From Amphiscolops sp. MND2022 (lineage: Eukaryota): 64,000 bases of DNA. This document shows positions 10,569 to 23,689 of the stretch, piece after piece; position 1 is the first letter of the stretch; the number at the start of each line of letters is the position of its first letter. The translations under genes and the position numbers were made by a program. The stretch spans positions 186,001 to 250,000 of the forward strand of contig CAXLNC010000480.1 of assembly GCA_964187785.1 (NCBI GenBank), written 5' to 3'. The notes under the pieces were generated by a model. The model was not told the DNA's origin and did no database searches. It saw nothing but the letters and a program-made list of their open reading frames with translations.

Positions 10569-12600
10569 TTAAAGTGTTTCTACCACTCCTGGTTCTACGC
10601 TGGTGAAGGGTTTCTCTACAGTAATGATGATGTGTTTCACTGTTGGAGAAGGTTCAAATTTTTTTCTTCGGATCTGTATAGCTAAAATTCCATGCTGAGG
10701 GTGTTCTGGTGCGCGTGCTATTAAGAGTTCACTGGTGGGGATTGCTGCTCCCCGGGCCAATCGATGGTGCTGTGGCTCGCTAGCGATGAGCTGTACGCAA
10801 CTACCCTTGCGGGAACCACAGGTTCCACACCTGTATCGCGGTGCCCTGTTTTCTCTTAGCTGATAGCGTGGCGCCTGTGAAGCGGTATTCTCGTCGATTT
10901 CAGGTCTATCCGATGATAGGTTTTCTGAGATTTCTGGCAGCGTCATATCTCTGTCTAGGGTACGGGGAGGAGCTCTGATGCTGACTCTGTTCCGAGGCCC
11001 CCTTCTTTGCCGAGCGGGTGGGCCTCTCGAAGGAGCCGTAGTTTTGCTCGAGGATGCTGTGGCCTACGATTGGGTCTGCCTCTAGGTCGTCCCCTTTTGT
11101 TCGAAGTAATTGGCTGTGCAGGAAATTGGCTTGGAGTCGAATCTTGAATTTCGCTCTCCCTCTCGGTATCCTGTGGCTGCTCTATTGCAATTAACGGTTC
11201 TGGACCGCTCGGGTTTCCAATCTGTGAATTAAACAAAGGGAAGTTACTCAGAGTATCCGTGAGGGATGGATTTGACAAGAGTGGGACAGATGTTCCTGAG
11301 GGTAATGGCACTAGGCTGTTTGTTGGCTCTTCTGGGTGTATTTCTTCTTGGTCGGAGAATAATGGCTCTAGGTCATCCAGTTCGGGGAATACTGCCTGTG
11401 GGGGTGACTCAACAGTTGATGGTTGAATCGCCTCTTGTTCCAAATCCGAGTCGGAGGAGTATCCAAACTGACTAAAACGCCGTCGTGGTGTCCCACGCTC
11501 GAGAACTGTATGCTTGCGGGTTTGGATGGTTCGCGGTGGAACCGGTCTGGTTGGTTCTAGTTCGAATGACGCCTCTGGTAGTTGTTCCGGTAAGAAAAAA
11601 ACCCCGGGAAAAATCCGAAGTTATTTCTTCATGACTCTCTTTTATGTATGGGTCAGCTATGATGGCTACGTTCTGATCTAGCCCAAAGGTCTGATGCGTT
11701 GCCAAATCCCAAGGGGCAGGTACATGCTTCTTCAATCTCTCGAAGTGGACCTTTTGACCCGTGTCTAACACATAGAGGCGCCCATCTTGTAGCACATCGG
11801 TTATCTTGTGGAGGCCACGCCATGCACGAATTAGCTTACGGGTGCCGCCTTTGGTATAATGTGACAAAACACCCAGACTGCGTCGCCAACGGATTCGTGA
11901 ATTTCCTGTTGCCTTGCCAACATGTGTTCCACAATTTCTTCTTTAGAATCAAAACCTCAAAATGAACGACAATGGGATCAATTTTTGTGCCCCATGTTGG
12001 AGCATGTAGGGTGGAAACCCCGTATTTGCATGCCTGATTGAATTGTATGCGCCCAAGACTCCGTCAATGTGTTGATCCCAATCTTGCATCCTCCGTGACG
12101 TAAAGACTCGGAGGAGGGTAAGCAACGTTCTGTTTTGTCCATTGCCTCTTGGGTGCGCTGGGATAGACGTGACTTTAGTTACTTGCGACGCTTTCATGAG
12201 TTCCTGGGCTATTTCCGCGGTGGAATTCGTTGCATCATCAGATTGCATTCGGGCTGGAGTGCCGTGTCTGGCAAACCATTTGTTTAGGAAGATTTTTGCG
12301 GTCGTATGTGCGTCATATTCGTCATGGACGCAGGGGATGGCTTCTGCAAACTTCGTGAAATGGTCTATAATGACCAATAGTCCTGTGTTTCCTGATTCAG
12401 TCTTGCAGAATTTCAGGTGGTCAAACTGCCCCAGGTCATTGAAGTTGCTACTGTTTGTGCTTTGCAAAGGGTAAGAGATGTTTCCGGCGGAGTGCTTTGT
12501 TTGTTGACATGTTAAGCAGTGTTTGATATGGTTCACTACATCTAATTTGATGCCTGGCCAGGTGTGTCACTCATGAATCCTTGCTAGTACTTTCCCCACG
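10569..12600 (-). pseudogene. pol: Element A integrase and long C-terminal extension
   Basis: HIKHCLTCQQTK zinc-finger CxxC, QFDHLKF, LLVIIDHFTKFAEAIP, HGTPARMQSD (DDE core). The C-terminal part (RAWRGLHKITDVLQDGRLYVLDTGQKVHFERLK) is followed by a Pro/Glu-rich linker. Confidence 0.92.
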
Positions 12601-13860
12601 CCCTGATGTCCCGACTCATCGTGTGCTCTGTCTCGTGCTGATATAGTTGCGGCATGACTAACATGCATGGTCGCACGTGCAGTGCATGTTGCTGTTGAAC
12701 AAAATTAACGCACAAAATATCGTCCGGATTCAGAAAAAGGAAGTCCTTCTTTTGATTATAATATCGCTTCGCGAAAACCTTCACATCTTCAGGGAAGATG
12801 GCATCCTCCATTGGTTCATCTTTCATGAGTCTTTTCAAGGCCAAGAGGTGTACATCTTTGTTTTGCGCTAAGTGTAAATCCTTCAGACCGCATTGGGTCA
12901 GATGGTGTTCGTGTAGCTCGGTTCCGATCGTTCTCAACACAATTGCTTGGTCTTGACATAGCGCTGGCATCTCGCCTAGGGCAGGGTCGGGTGCCGCAGT
13001 GTCTAGGCGTGCCGGAGGCATTCTGGTTGTTATGCTGAAAATGTGGTTTGGTCTTTGATCTTCATCAACGGTTGGCGTGGCTAGCCATTGAATTTGGGAA
13101 TACCAAGGTGTTCCGCTTGCTGGTTGTTCAGTCGGCTTGCATTTTAGCTCCTTTCTCAAGATGTACAATAGGGGCAGTTGGGTTCGAGCCTCCGGGGGAA
13201 GCTCTGGGTGATCGGGCATGAGGTGACCATGCTTGTTGAAGTATGGCGCTGTAGGGAGATCTTCGTAGTCTTCTTTGGACATAAAGTTGAATCCCTCACT
13301 GACTTCTCTTAATGTTTCAAAGATTCGCTCGCAATGAACATAGTCATTGGTTCGTTTGCTGAGCCCATCTGCATTTCGGTGCTGTGTGCGAGATCAGTGA
13401 ATCGTTTTGAAGTGATACTGATCCAGACGCGCGATCCAGCAGCCAATCATGGCTTGATCCATGGAATAGGTCTTCAGCCACGAAAGGGCCTGATTGTCTA
13501 CGCGGAGCGTGAATTCTCGGCCAGCCAAATATGAATGGAATTTTTCGATGAAGTAGAAAACAGCGTATATTTCTAACTTTGGGCGCTAAATCAATTGTGT
13601 CTTCGTCAAAGATTTTCCCATTATATTCTTGTTCTTGGTGCAAGATGCCGGCAATTGCTACTGCACTAGCATCCGTATCCAATACGAATCGTCCTTCATC
13701 GTTCAGGGCCGCCAAGGTGCTTGCATCCGCTAGGGCTTGCTTTACCGATTCGAAAGCTTGTTGATGCTTCTCCTCCCAAATAAAGTGTTGATTCTTTTTC
13801 AGCAGTTCTTGAATAAGTTGTACCTTAGCAGCATGGAATGGAACAAAATCTCGGTAGTAA
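12584..13860 (-). pseudogene. pol: Element A RNase H and RH-INT linker
   Basis: FVLDTDASAVAIAGILHQEQ RNase H motif (13344-13715 fragment), with LGFANYYRDF-type thumb sequence just upstream. Confidence 0.9.
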
Positions 13861-14500
13861 TTGGCGAACCCTAGGAAGTTTTGGAGTTCTTCTTTGTTTC
13901 ATGGAGACATCCATTCCTGGATTTTGATTACTGCCTCTGGATCCGGCTTTATGCTTTCAGCGGACACTACTCGTCCCAGATATTTGGTTTCGGTGCGCAT
14001 GAAATCACATTTCTCCACTTGCATTTTAAAACCTGCCTCTCTGAGACAATCGAACACCTCTCGTATTCGCTCAATGTGATTTTCGATAGTTTGCGTTGCA
14101 ATCACAATGTCGTCGATGTAGGCCATGATGACACTTCCATGTCTTTGTTGAATCTTTTGCAGGGCTCTTGTATTAGATCGCTGGAATGTGGCTGATGCGT
14201 TAATTAGCCCAAAGGGTATGCGCCGCCATTCGAACAAGCCTAGTTCGCAGGCAAATGCTGTCTTTCTTCGATCGCATAATTTTCTGGATACATTCTCGTC
14301 GATTGTGGGCAACGGGAATGCATCTTTTACTGTCATATCGTTCAATGGTCAAGCGTCACAGCAGAAACGAAGTTCGGCTGACTTTTTTTCACCATGACTA
14401 TCCCACTCGCCCAGGGTGAGTAGGAAGGTTGGATTAAACCTAGGACTAAACAATTCTCTACTTCTTGGTTGGCTTTTGCAGGTTTGTCGGGGGTCATGCG
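13861..14500 (-). pseudogene. pol: Element A reverse transcriptase
   Basis: QPSYSPWASGIVMVKK, LNDMTVKDAFPLP, WRRIPFGLINASATFQR, YIDD (14109-14120), GFKMQVEKCDF. Confidence 0.95.
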
Positions 14501-15600
14501 TCTAGCACCTTCTCGGTGGGGGATAGACTCTGGCTCAAACTCAATGCGGTGTTTTGTTATTTTACATCTACCTATGTCAGCCTTGTGTTTCATGAAAAGG
14601 TCATTGTACTCTTTTACTACATTTCTAGTTGATCTCTTGCTCCCTTCCCCCAAAAAGACAAAACAGAGGAGAGGGCCTGGAATGGGTTTGAGCAACTGTG
14701 GATCGGTTCTTTCACATTTTTCACTTTTCGACAACTCTTCCTCAGATAATTCAGTAGAAGATACAAAGTGTTGGGCAAACGAACTAAATTCATAACTAGA
14801 TTCATTCAAATCAACAGCATTAATAATATTATTTCGTTCAACAAAAAGTGCAGAGGTTTCGCCAGTTTGCTCGATCGCAATTGGTTTAAACATGAAGGTT
14901 GTTGACTCCGCCTTGCCTAGGACAGTTTTGCTTTGGATCACTACGTTTTCATGGGACGTTCGATTCCTCACGGCTAAGAATACCGTGCCGTCGTCTCCGA
15001 CAGACGTTAGAGTGTCTTCTGAAACAAAGGAACATCGGTTGTACACCCCAGTGGGATGTATCATAACGTTACGGAAAAGGTATTTATTAGGCTGTTGTGA
15101 AATGACTTGAGGCCTTACTAACTTGCGTTCGAAAGGACCTAGTACGACTTTTTCGGTGGAAGTTACTAAGGATGGTTCTTGGTCACTAACCTCATGAACT
15201 CGTTTAAAGCAGCGTGGGGATTTGGGGTCGCGTATGGTGACCCTCATAGCCGTGAGGTCCACTAGGACGTTGTAGGTTCGCAGGAAGTTGCGGCCTAACA
15301 AGAAGTCTTACGTCCCCAATTAGTGGGCTTTGACTATGAAGTTTGTCCTTAGTGTATGTCCACCCAATTGGAAGTTCAGCTTTTCAGCTATGCCAATGGT
15401 GTTAATGTTTTGCCGTTGGCTGCGTACAATTGTATGTCGTATGGCAATAGGCTCAGGGCATGGGCAGATGCGATCTTCTGATATGGTTTGAGTGAGAGGA
15501 TGGAGACTCCGGAACCAGTATCTATCAGTTTGGTTTCGTCTTCCATAGTAAAATGTTGATGTGGTCGAGCAGCAATCGTATACTTGTTGTTTCTACACAA
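14501..15600 (-). pseudogene. pol: Element A aspartic protease and PR-RT spacer
   Basis: LIDTGSGVSILS (DTG at ~15514-15522), and LGRNFLRTYNVLVDL. Confidence 0.9.
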
Positions 15601-15776
15601 TTACTCTTTCAATTGGGCTAGTCTTAGCGCAGGGCGCATTTTGTGCTCGGCCAAACGTAGTAAATGTATGGAAATGAGGGTTTCGGTGCAATTGGGAGCG
15701 GGTGCTTGTTTTGCAGCGCAAGTAACTATGATTGGGCGAGACGGGCCACCGGCCTCCGCCACCGAGATCACTCGAA

Positions 15777-18700
15777 CTAGATCGTCTTGTCCCGCGCCAT
15801 CGACTTGGTTGGTTTGTGCGCATACCACGCTGCTCTGATTTGTTCTTCCTGTCTCATGGTTTCCGGAGCTATACCTTCTGATGCTGAATGCTCAGTGCGG
15901 CCACAATTGATGCAAAAGCCTACGGTTCCTTGCACTGGTAGTGATGCCGGAAAACTTCGTGATTCATTCCATGCGGCAGCGGCGGACAAGTCCATCCTCC
16001 CGATGGGTTGGTGTGACAGGAATTCACTTGTTGTTGCAGTAGTTTTCGAGCGCGATCTTTTAGCGGGCAATCGATTACGAACTGCGATGAGTCGCCGCAG
16101 TTGAAACATGCTCCCTAAGGTTTAAGGTTGCTGTCAATATGCTGCTGGTTGCTTAGGGGTTGCTTATTGTAAGTTCTGCGCTGGCGGAGGATCTGCTGGG
16201 GATTAGTTTGGTACTTGGTTGGGCTGTTGGGGCGCGGGAGGAACCATCGGATAATTGTCCGAACGAGAGGAGCCACGCAAGCGCAGATATGAATGGACGG
16301 TGAAGCGAAGAGCCTCCATTGTGGGTGATGCTTCTACGTATTGTTCTGGCGCGTACATCAATGCCAGACTTCGTTTCAACTCGAACTTTCGCACTCCCTC
16401 AATAAATCGTTGCATGATTTTGTATCGCTGAACTGTAACTTCCTCGTTAGGATAGCATTGGCTACGCAAGCCTTCGGGGGCATCGAGGTACTGCATGTAG
16501 TCCTCCTCACTATTCTGGTTGCGAGTTCGAAATTGTTGTTAAACATGAATCCTGCTAGATCCTTTTCCGAATCGGCGTGCTAGTAGTGCAAAGACCTTAT
16601 CGTCAGTGTCTCTTTCGGCTTCAGATTTGTTGGTGATATAATCTCACGCCTCGTGTTCTAGATATTCGATGATTGTCTAGGCTTTATCGAGGGGGTGGCT
16701 TTGGCGTGCGCTTTTTCTAGATGGCGTTTCATCAACATCATCCATCCATCTGCATTGCCATCCTTCGTTCCTCGGTACTTGGTCGGTTTATTCTTTGACT
16801 CCTTGACCGCCAGTAGTGGTTCCGAGCCCTTTGACATAGCCGTTGATATTGCTTCTGCTATCGCTTGACGTTGTCTGGTCCTCGGTTTGTCTGGGGTTTC
16901 GTTGTTTACTTCAGACACTTCTTTTATTTCGCCATGGTCTTGCTCTAAATTTAGCTTGGCAATAATTTTATGGCAATAGTTTTGTGCTGGTGGCCACTGG
17001 CCGCGGGACTAAATCTCGAAACGTTTGTGTTCGCGGTGTTGGAACTGCGTTACTGTACGCTGTGTGATGTTTTGATTCTCGCGCGGTCATTCCGCTTGCA
17101 GCTGAATAATCGTCTCCAGTCGTGGATGCACCGTGTGCATATGGGTCAAAGAAGGGTGCATCGGTAAGGTGGTCCGTTCCTGCGTCGTGGGAGTCAGCGT
17201 CGATTACCCTCGCCATTTTGCTCGCCTTCGCTGGGTCTCTCTTGTACGTGGCGGGCGGTGCCAACTTTGGCGGCCCGACTTGCTCGACGCTCGGTTGTGC
17301 GATTTTTCAGTAGGTGGCTTGTGCGAGCAGGGGGGCTGCACTCGTGGACGGCATGTTGGCTTGGCTAAGTGGTAGGGGTGCCACTGGCGCCACCTGTGTA
17401 TGTGTCACCGCTGTTTGCGTTACTATAGCTTTTACTCCCAGTGTCAAGTCTTTCATAGTTGTCATGAGGTCCACCATGCGTATATTGGCATCAGTGTCTC
17501 GACGCTGCATCATGTCCGACATTAATTTCATGCGTTCGTCGGCTTGGCGGTCTCTTTCTCTCAATACCGCAGACATTTTGGCCATGCGAGAGTCGGCCAA
17601 TTTCTCCCGCTGTTTGAGTAGGTCATTTAGGGAGGCCACTGATGCTTCGAGTCGTCCCTGATTCTGTCGCCTTTCCACTTGTATTTCCAGGAGTCCCTTT
17701 CTCATTTCATCCATGTCTCTCATGATGACGTCAGCTCGCATTACATGTTCGCTATTTTCTCGTGCCAGTCGTGAGTGTACTTGTGAGAGTTGAGCCAAGC
17801 TGCTCCTGAAATCTTCTCTAGCCGCCTGCGATTCTTTCTTAATCTTGATGGTAGTTGAATTTGGGGCGGTCTCGGCACTCGCTTTCGAACCGAACTTGGT
17901 GTGTAAATTAATCGCTCTGTTTTGCTAGGATTGAAATTAGGACCCGGTGTTGGCAGCGTCCTGAACCTGTACCGCAATAGGTTTTCTTCCACCCGGTGTT
18001 GGTGGGTTTTCGATTGGCTTGCTCAAAATTTTGGTCTGCGCTCCTGGTTGCGTGTATCCGCTCAAAAAAAGGATTTCGATCTTCGTTACCGATCTGTGCA
18101 TGGGAACCCTGAGGGTCCGCCGCAGATTTCTGGGGTTCTGGGGGTCGCCATGGGAGTTGCGATGGCGCAGTCTTGCGTTACAGTTTCTTTGCTAGTGCTT
18201 GGTTCGCATATGGGCCTATTATTGGAGTTTGGTCAGCCATCCGGACTGTAGTCAGTGACTTCCAGGGGAAGCCATGAGTTACTTTGCATTGTAATTTCAG
18301 CACCTTCCGCTGGATTGGTGATGTCCGGGGAAGCTCGAGATGAACTGGGCTGACTTTCTGCAGCTACCATTTTCATGTTTTGTTCTGAATTGGGAATATA
18401 GTCAGACACGAATTCTGAAAATATGTTCATGGTGATGGTGTTCATTGTATTTCCAGCGATCGCATTCATTTCCTCCGATGTTTCGATGTGACTAGTGAAT
18501 GGATTGGTGTTGTGTGGACCGTTTGATTCCCAGGAGGTTTCGCTCAAGGGCCTTATAGATTGCCTTTCTCTTCAGTCCATTTTGTTCGAGAGTTCGTCGG
18601 TGGTGATTTCTCTGGATGACAATGATTTGCCTATTCCCTTCCCCTCGCGAAATGGGAAGTGGGAACGGGAGGTGAAATGGGTTGGATATGGTGAGTAGGC

Positions 18701-18780
18701 GGCTTGAGACAGTTGCACTATTTGGGAGTATGGTGGCGAGTTAGGGCTATAAGTTTCCGATCGAACTCAATGAGGATGTG
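15777..18780 (-). pseudogene. gag: Element A gag (coiled-coil N-terminus, capsid-like core, zinc knuckle)
   Basis: Coiled-coil fragment 17307-17798; KPTKYRGTKDGNADGWMMLMKRHLE; QRFIEGVRKFELKRSL; CINCGRTEHSASE(G) knuckle with the last Cys mutated. The 5' limit is approximate. Confidence 0.8.
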
Positions 18781-20505
18781 AGGAGTTCCTTAGCGCTGGG
18801 ATGGATTATCCGTGCCCTATTTACTAACAGAAAATGCGATTCTCTTTTATGGGGATGGGCGGATTACAAAATGAACAAAGTCAAAAATTTTATTGGCGAG
18901 GATTACACTGAACTGCTAATTAACTAAAAGTTTGAATACTGCCTTCGGGCTTGGCGGTTTTCTTTACGCAACAAGATTTTTGACGGGGGAGTGTTAGTTC
19001 CTCTCGTCTGGTTATTTACTTTCAAGCGGGGAAACACTAATTGGGGAAATGAGCGAAAGGTTTGGGGGGCCTCGAGGGGAGATGGACAAGAGCACTGAGT
19101 TTTGGATTAGTTGCTGATCGTACGCAATAGGGCAGTTTAATCAAGGGTATACGGGTACTATGAGCGACACTAATCTATTAGGTTGTCTTTTATGTAGACG
19201 CTTTGCGTCAAAGATCGAAACCTTGAATGTATCGGCGCGAATGCAGCAATGCCCTTTTGGTACATGTGGTACTAAATCAGTGCCTTCACGAGAAACAGTT
19301 TGCACTTGAAGGACTTTGGGAATGGTTTGGGACCAAATCTTGATTTTCGGTTTTTTGCTTCTATGTCTCCTAGAACGTTTTCTCAGAGACTTTTGAGATG
19401 TTAGGGTCAGTCGAAATGACTCAGCAGGACGTGTGGAATGTGCCTGGTATGCTGGTGAGGTCGTTTTGGACCCTTACAGGTACGTACATCGACAAAAAGT
19501 TTACCATTTATCTCGCAAAACTGCAAAATCAACAATTTTTTCATCAACAAGCACCTCCGGGGAAGGTGTAATTCCGTTCTAGCGCTGCTAGCGACCTGAA
19601 AGTTTCCCACTGTTTACTACACGAGCCAAATCGTGGGGAATTGACCTCCGATTGCACCAAAACTGATTCTCTGTGTGTTACTGTCACTTAATAATGTTCA
19701 CTGGAAAATCGACTATGTCGTGAACTTCAAAAAAGTTAGTCAAATTCGCCTTCTAGGCGTCCTAGCTACCTGAAATTTTGTATGCGAACCTCAATTGGGC
19801 CCACGTAACAGAAACATACAACGGCGATTGGCCTGGATGAAAATCTGACGATCAGAAGTGACAAAACTATTATGTACCTGAGGTACAACTTTTTCGGTTA
19901 AAATTCACAAATATGTCAATTTCTCAGCTTTGGCTAGCCACTGGCTGCTCAAATTGCACAAATCGTCGTGATCTAGTGCCGTGCGTCCAAAAAAGAATTT
20001 CAATGCTGGGATGCTCACAAGGTATTTCACTATGCTCAACTAAAATTCGATTTTTTGCAATCTCATACATTTTTTGAGCAAAACTGTGGCTAAAATTTCT
20101 CCACGGTTGTTGACAGAATCATGCTATTAGCGTAATTTTTTGCGCTCGACACAATGGTGCAGTTCATTTTTGCTTTTCCTGAAAGGAGAGATTTCGACTT
20201 GTTGAAAAAAAAACATGATTGCCGAATTACCAAAATGTCGCAAAAATAGTACGTTTTTGACAATTTCTCGGCAACCACTGCTCGGAATCACTCGCGGTTT
20301 TCTGCCTTAGCAACATTACTTTCTACTTAGTTTCTTTCATTAACAGAAAATAGGCAAGCGAAACCTAGTAGGTTCCAAACAAGGTCTCTCAAAACATTTT
20401 CAAATTGCACCATTTACACTATTGGAACTGTGCTGAAAGTACGTATTTTCGCCACGAATTTGTTTTTTTTTCGTTCTCGAACGTTCCGAGTGGTTTTATC
20501 AGTAG

Positions 20506-21165
20506 TGTAAGAACATGTAAAAACTTTATTCAGGGCAGGGGTGTTTGCAATAATTAGTTTGATTTCAATAACATTCAGGCCTATGGGGTCCTCTACTCAG
20601 GTCTATTAGTAACAAAAAAGGGATTGATAAAGTTTCAATTTATATGGGGGATTGCTAAAAACCGTCTTGGTAGTAATTTTTCGTACTACCAAGCTCGACA
20701 ACAAAACTTTTGGGTTGTTCGAAAGGCTTGGGGAGTGATTCCCAAGGCTTTGCCGTTGCTCGATTTGGTCAAAATGGCCAAGTTTGGCTATTTTCCTAAA
20801 AAAAAACTTGCTAATTTTTAAGTTTTTTCTCAAAATTTAGCACAACAAAAGGTTTTGTTCCTGACCTAGTACGGAACCTTCTTCTAGTAGTCTTACTGGT
20901 CGTATTCAGTTTTATAAAATTTGAGATTTGAAATTTCGAGATTTGAGCTATTTATTGTATTATTTTCGCGGTTTTCGCATTCAACTTTTTTAATAAATGG
21001 TTCAAACACCCATTGGGTATTCTTTCCATTCAGTTTACGTAGGACTAGGCCTGGGAATATGCTTTTTGGGCTGGAAAATGAGAAAATTGGGGACGTAACC
21101 CGAGTGTCGTGGGGGTACTGCAATCAAAGGGGGGTGTTGGAGGTATAGTCGCGCAGGACGTCACA
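20506..21165 (-). repeat. LTR-like insertion (~660 bp) truncating the 5' LTR of element A
   Basis: On minus, TGTGACG...CTTACA ends with AATAAA ~20 bp before the end. No TSD found. Confidence 0.4.
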
Positions 21166-21172
21166 GTTCATT

Positions 21173-21479
21173 TTACAGTTCAGGGTGATGATAGTTTTGG
21201 CTTCTGAGATGTTCCTTCTTTTGGCATCTTCTCAGAGAGATGGCACATTCCGTCAATTTTTGGGTATTTCGCCATCATTTCTTTCTTTCTTGCGTTTCTC
21301 TTCATATTTTTCTGATCTCCTTCTTCTTTCGTCATTCTTTTTTTGCTCTGTCTTCGCGTGGGTTCTTTTTTTTTCAATTTCCCGCACCTGCTAGGTCAGC
21401 CATCTTTTTTGTACGGTTTTGATATCGCACACTTCGAATTTTTCATCAAATTTTTGTCATGCCAGTGGCTGACGTTACA
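21173..21479 (-). repeat. Element A 5' LTR remnant (U3 portion)
   Basis: Direct repeat of 4188-4466. Begins TGTAACGT on minus at 21479 and is flanked by CTCT. Confidence 0.75.
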
Positions 21480-23439
21480 CTCTACTGTTAGTGTTGAGTA
21501 ATGATCTAAAGTCCTTTCCAATCAGATTGGAGCTTTCGCTGAAGCCTATTGGACCCTGAGTCCAAGTTTAGTTCACTTTCACTTTGTTCATTTAAATCAT
21601 CATCTCTAGAGTAGCTTCCTAACAGTATATCAACATTTTCTACGACAGACATTATGTCTAACTGTCTAGACCGCCTCTCTTTAGCTTTCTGCTTTCTAGT
21701 TGAATGCATTCAGAAAAGATTTGAAATGGCAACAGTGAATTACCTAATTGTATTGGAAAGACACTAGTAGGATAATAAAGTAAGTACAATTGGTATAAAA
21801 AGCAAATTCAATGGTGTTTCAGGTTAATCGCAAAATGTGGATTGTGAGTTTGATCGTGAAGGTACAGGCAACCTGAATTGAGTTAGTAACGTCACTATTA
21901 AAAACGTCGGCGTTAATTTAGGGTTGATGACAACATCATGATGTCATTATGCGTCATACTGAACATAGCATCAAGGCAATATTAGGGGGCTGGCGGTGTC
22001 AACCTAGCGTACTAGTTTCATGTGTAATAAAATCCAACTTGCATTAAAGTAACATTTACATGCGTTTTCAAAGCAACAATACATGGTAGGAAGATTCACA
22101 CTAATCCAATAATTTTACCGTAGCGGACCACCAGTCCGCCCGGCCACGATAATGTACTTGAATTATACACCAGTACTGGTCATTAGATAATTCAACCGCA
22201 GTGGACTGTAAATCTACACGGCCTCATCACAATACGTTTAACTTCTGCGCTGTGATTGGTCAATTAAATTAGGACAGCGAGTACACGTAACTAGAAAACG
22301 AATTCACTTGAACTCGTTTCCTGTATTGTAATTACTGCACTTTCATTATTTGCGCATTGATTTTCTACATTTCTTTATAGAGCAACTATCACAAACAGCA
22401 AAAAAGAGCAATTTTCTGGTAGATACAAAATTACATATCATAACATAACAGTTTCCATATTTGTGAACATAGACTTTGTGGAAGCTGTACGGACTGAGTA
22501 TCTCGACGTTTTAAATAGGGAGTACTCCTGGAGGGGGCTTGTATTATCTCCCTCCAATAGAATCTGGTAATAATTGCCGTCACAGGTGGCAGCCTGCAAC
22601 ACTCCCCCGGGACGAAGAGCAATGTCCCCTGGTCCATACCGGCAAGGTAAGCTTCTCGTCTTCTTAATCGTGCTCCATAGGTTTCGCCGCGATATGTTGT
22701 CGCCTCTAAGTAACTTAGTGCAGCTGTCTCTTTGATATGTTCGTAGTTGCGTCCGCAGATTATGCAATCACCGTATTGAGCCGTGTTGGGTTGTCCACAA
22801 TGTGAAACCATTCTTACACTGATCCCTTGAATGTGTGAACTTAGGGGGATTGGTTGATGCAGTTGTTGGTCAGTGAAATTAGGGTTGTAGCTAGGACCTC
22901 GCTCGTGTGCAGGTGGAGATTATGGGGTATCGATTTGTGGCTGCAATTTTGCACAATTGTCTGATTAACGGACTGCCGGTCCGTGTATCTCAACTAGGGC
23001 CTGCCGCCCTGTCCAGCGGATTTGCGTGTTACCTGGTAGACTGCGATATGCGTTCAAAGTCGTCCCAAGGGAAGTCTGGGAACTCGCTGTCGGCGCAGCC
23101 TGACAAGTCAGTTCTGTCTTCCAGCAACCGACGGCTGTGGCTGGATTGGCAATTGCCGGTAACATGCGATAACTTCTATATCGCTGTCATCCGACAAGCT
23201 GGCTGCAGCTTCGACGGACTGCGCGTCTACGTCCATTTCTTCCACAGAAGAGAAGTAACTGGGACTAACTGGCGGAGCAATCAGATCATCTATCGAGAAC
23301 TTTTTCAAGTTTGGCTAGAAGTAACTGTCTCTTGTTTCAACGTTTGTGAGAATGATTTTCTTGATTCACAAACCGAGTACCTACCCGACTCGCGGGACAA
23401 TTTCCGCGGGAGGGGGGAAGTCACGATTCCTCATAAACA
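21480..23439 (-). repeat. Proximal part of family B 3' LTR (reconstructed length ~2.4 kb)
   Basis: 21480-22600 is colinear with 35934-37108. The minus-strand start TGTTTATG at 23439 directly follows a purine tract. Contains the gag start MHSTRKQKAKERRSRQ (ATG 21709). Confidence 0.7.
22431..23308 (-). pseudogene. ORF-X: accessory gene of unknown function inside the family B LTR
   Basis: Fragments MKKFSIDDLIAPP...DSDIEVIACYRQ (23108-23308), 22965-23165, and MVSHCGQPNTAQYGDCIICGRNYEHIK...RREAYLAGMDQG (22431-22811). The C-terminal part is also present in the 5' LTR copy (36940-37108). Confidence 0.55.
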
Positions 23440-23456
23440 TTCACTTTTCCCTTTCC
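23440..23456 (-). promoter_or_regulatory. Polypurine tract of family B element
   Basis: GGAAAGGGAAAAGTGAA on minus immediately precedes TGTTT. Confidence 0.55.
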
Positions 23457-23689
23457 ATTTATGAAAGTTTCCGCTTCCATCGGAGCCAGAGGCAAGTCAA
23501 TGCCTTTCTTAATTGGCTTTCAAGTGCCTCTTAAGTGATTTATTCAACAACTTGAGAAGAGGTGTTCACCGCTGTTAGTGTTCATTAACACTAACAAGTG
23601 GTAAATAATCAGCATCAAGGACAACCAGTACAACCATCTACATCGATTTCGAGGCCAAGAGAAGTAGCAGGGCTAACGAAACAGACTTT

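Larger units (their letters stand above)
3785..21479 (-). mobile_element. Element A: near full-length degenerate Ty3/Gypsy LTR retrotransposon with accessory ORFs and nested insertions
   Basis: Ends are TGTAACG...CGTTACA. Flanks ...TTTTCTC(T) and CTCTACTG reconstitute the uninterrupted TTTTCTCTACTG at 35929-35940. Internal order on minus is gag-PR-RT-RH-INT. The ends share a ~270-bp direct repeat (4188-4457 vs 21174-21440). Confidence 0.8.

Noticed and set aside
19380-20505. Non-autonomous DNA transposon
   Set aside because: Repeated CTAGC(G/T)ACCTGAAA motifs are suggestive, but no TIRs or TSD could be located.
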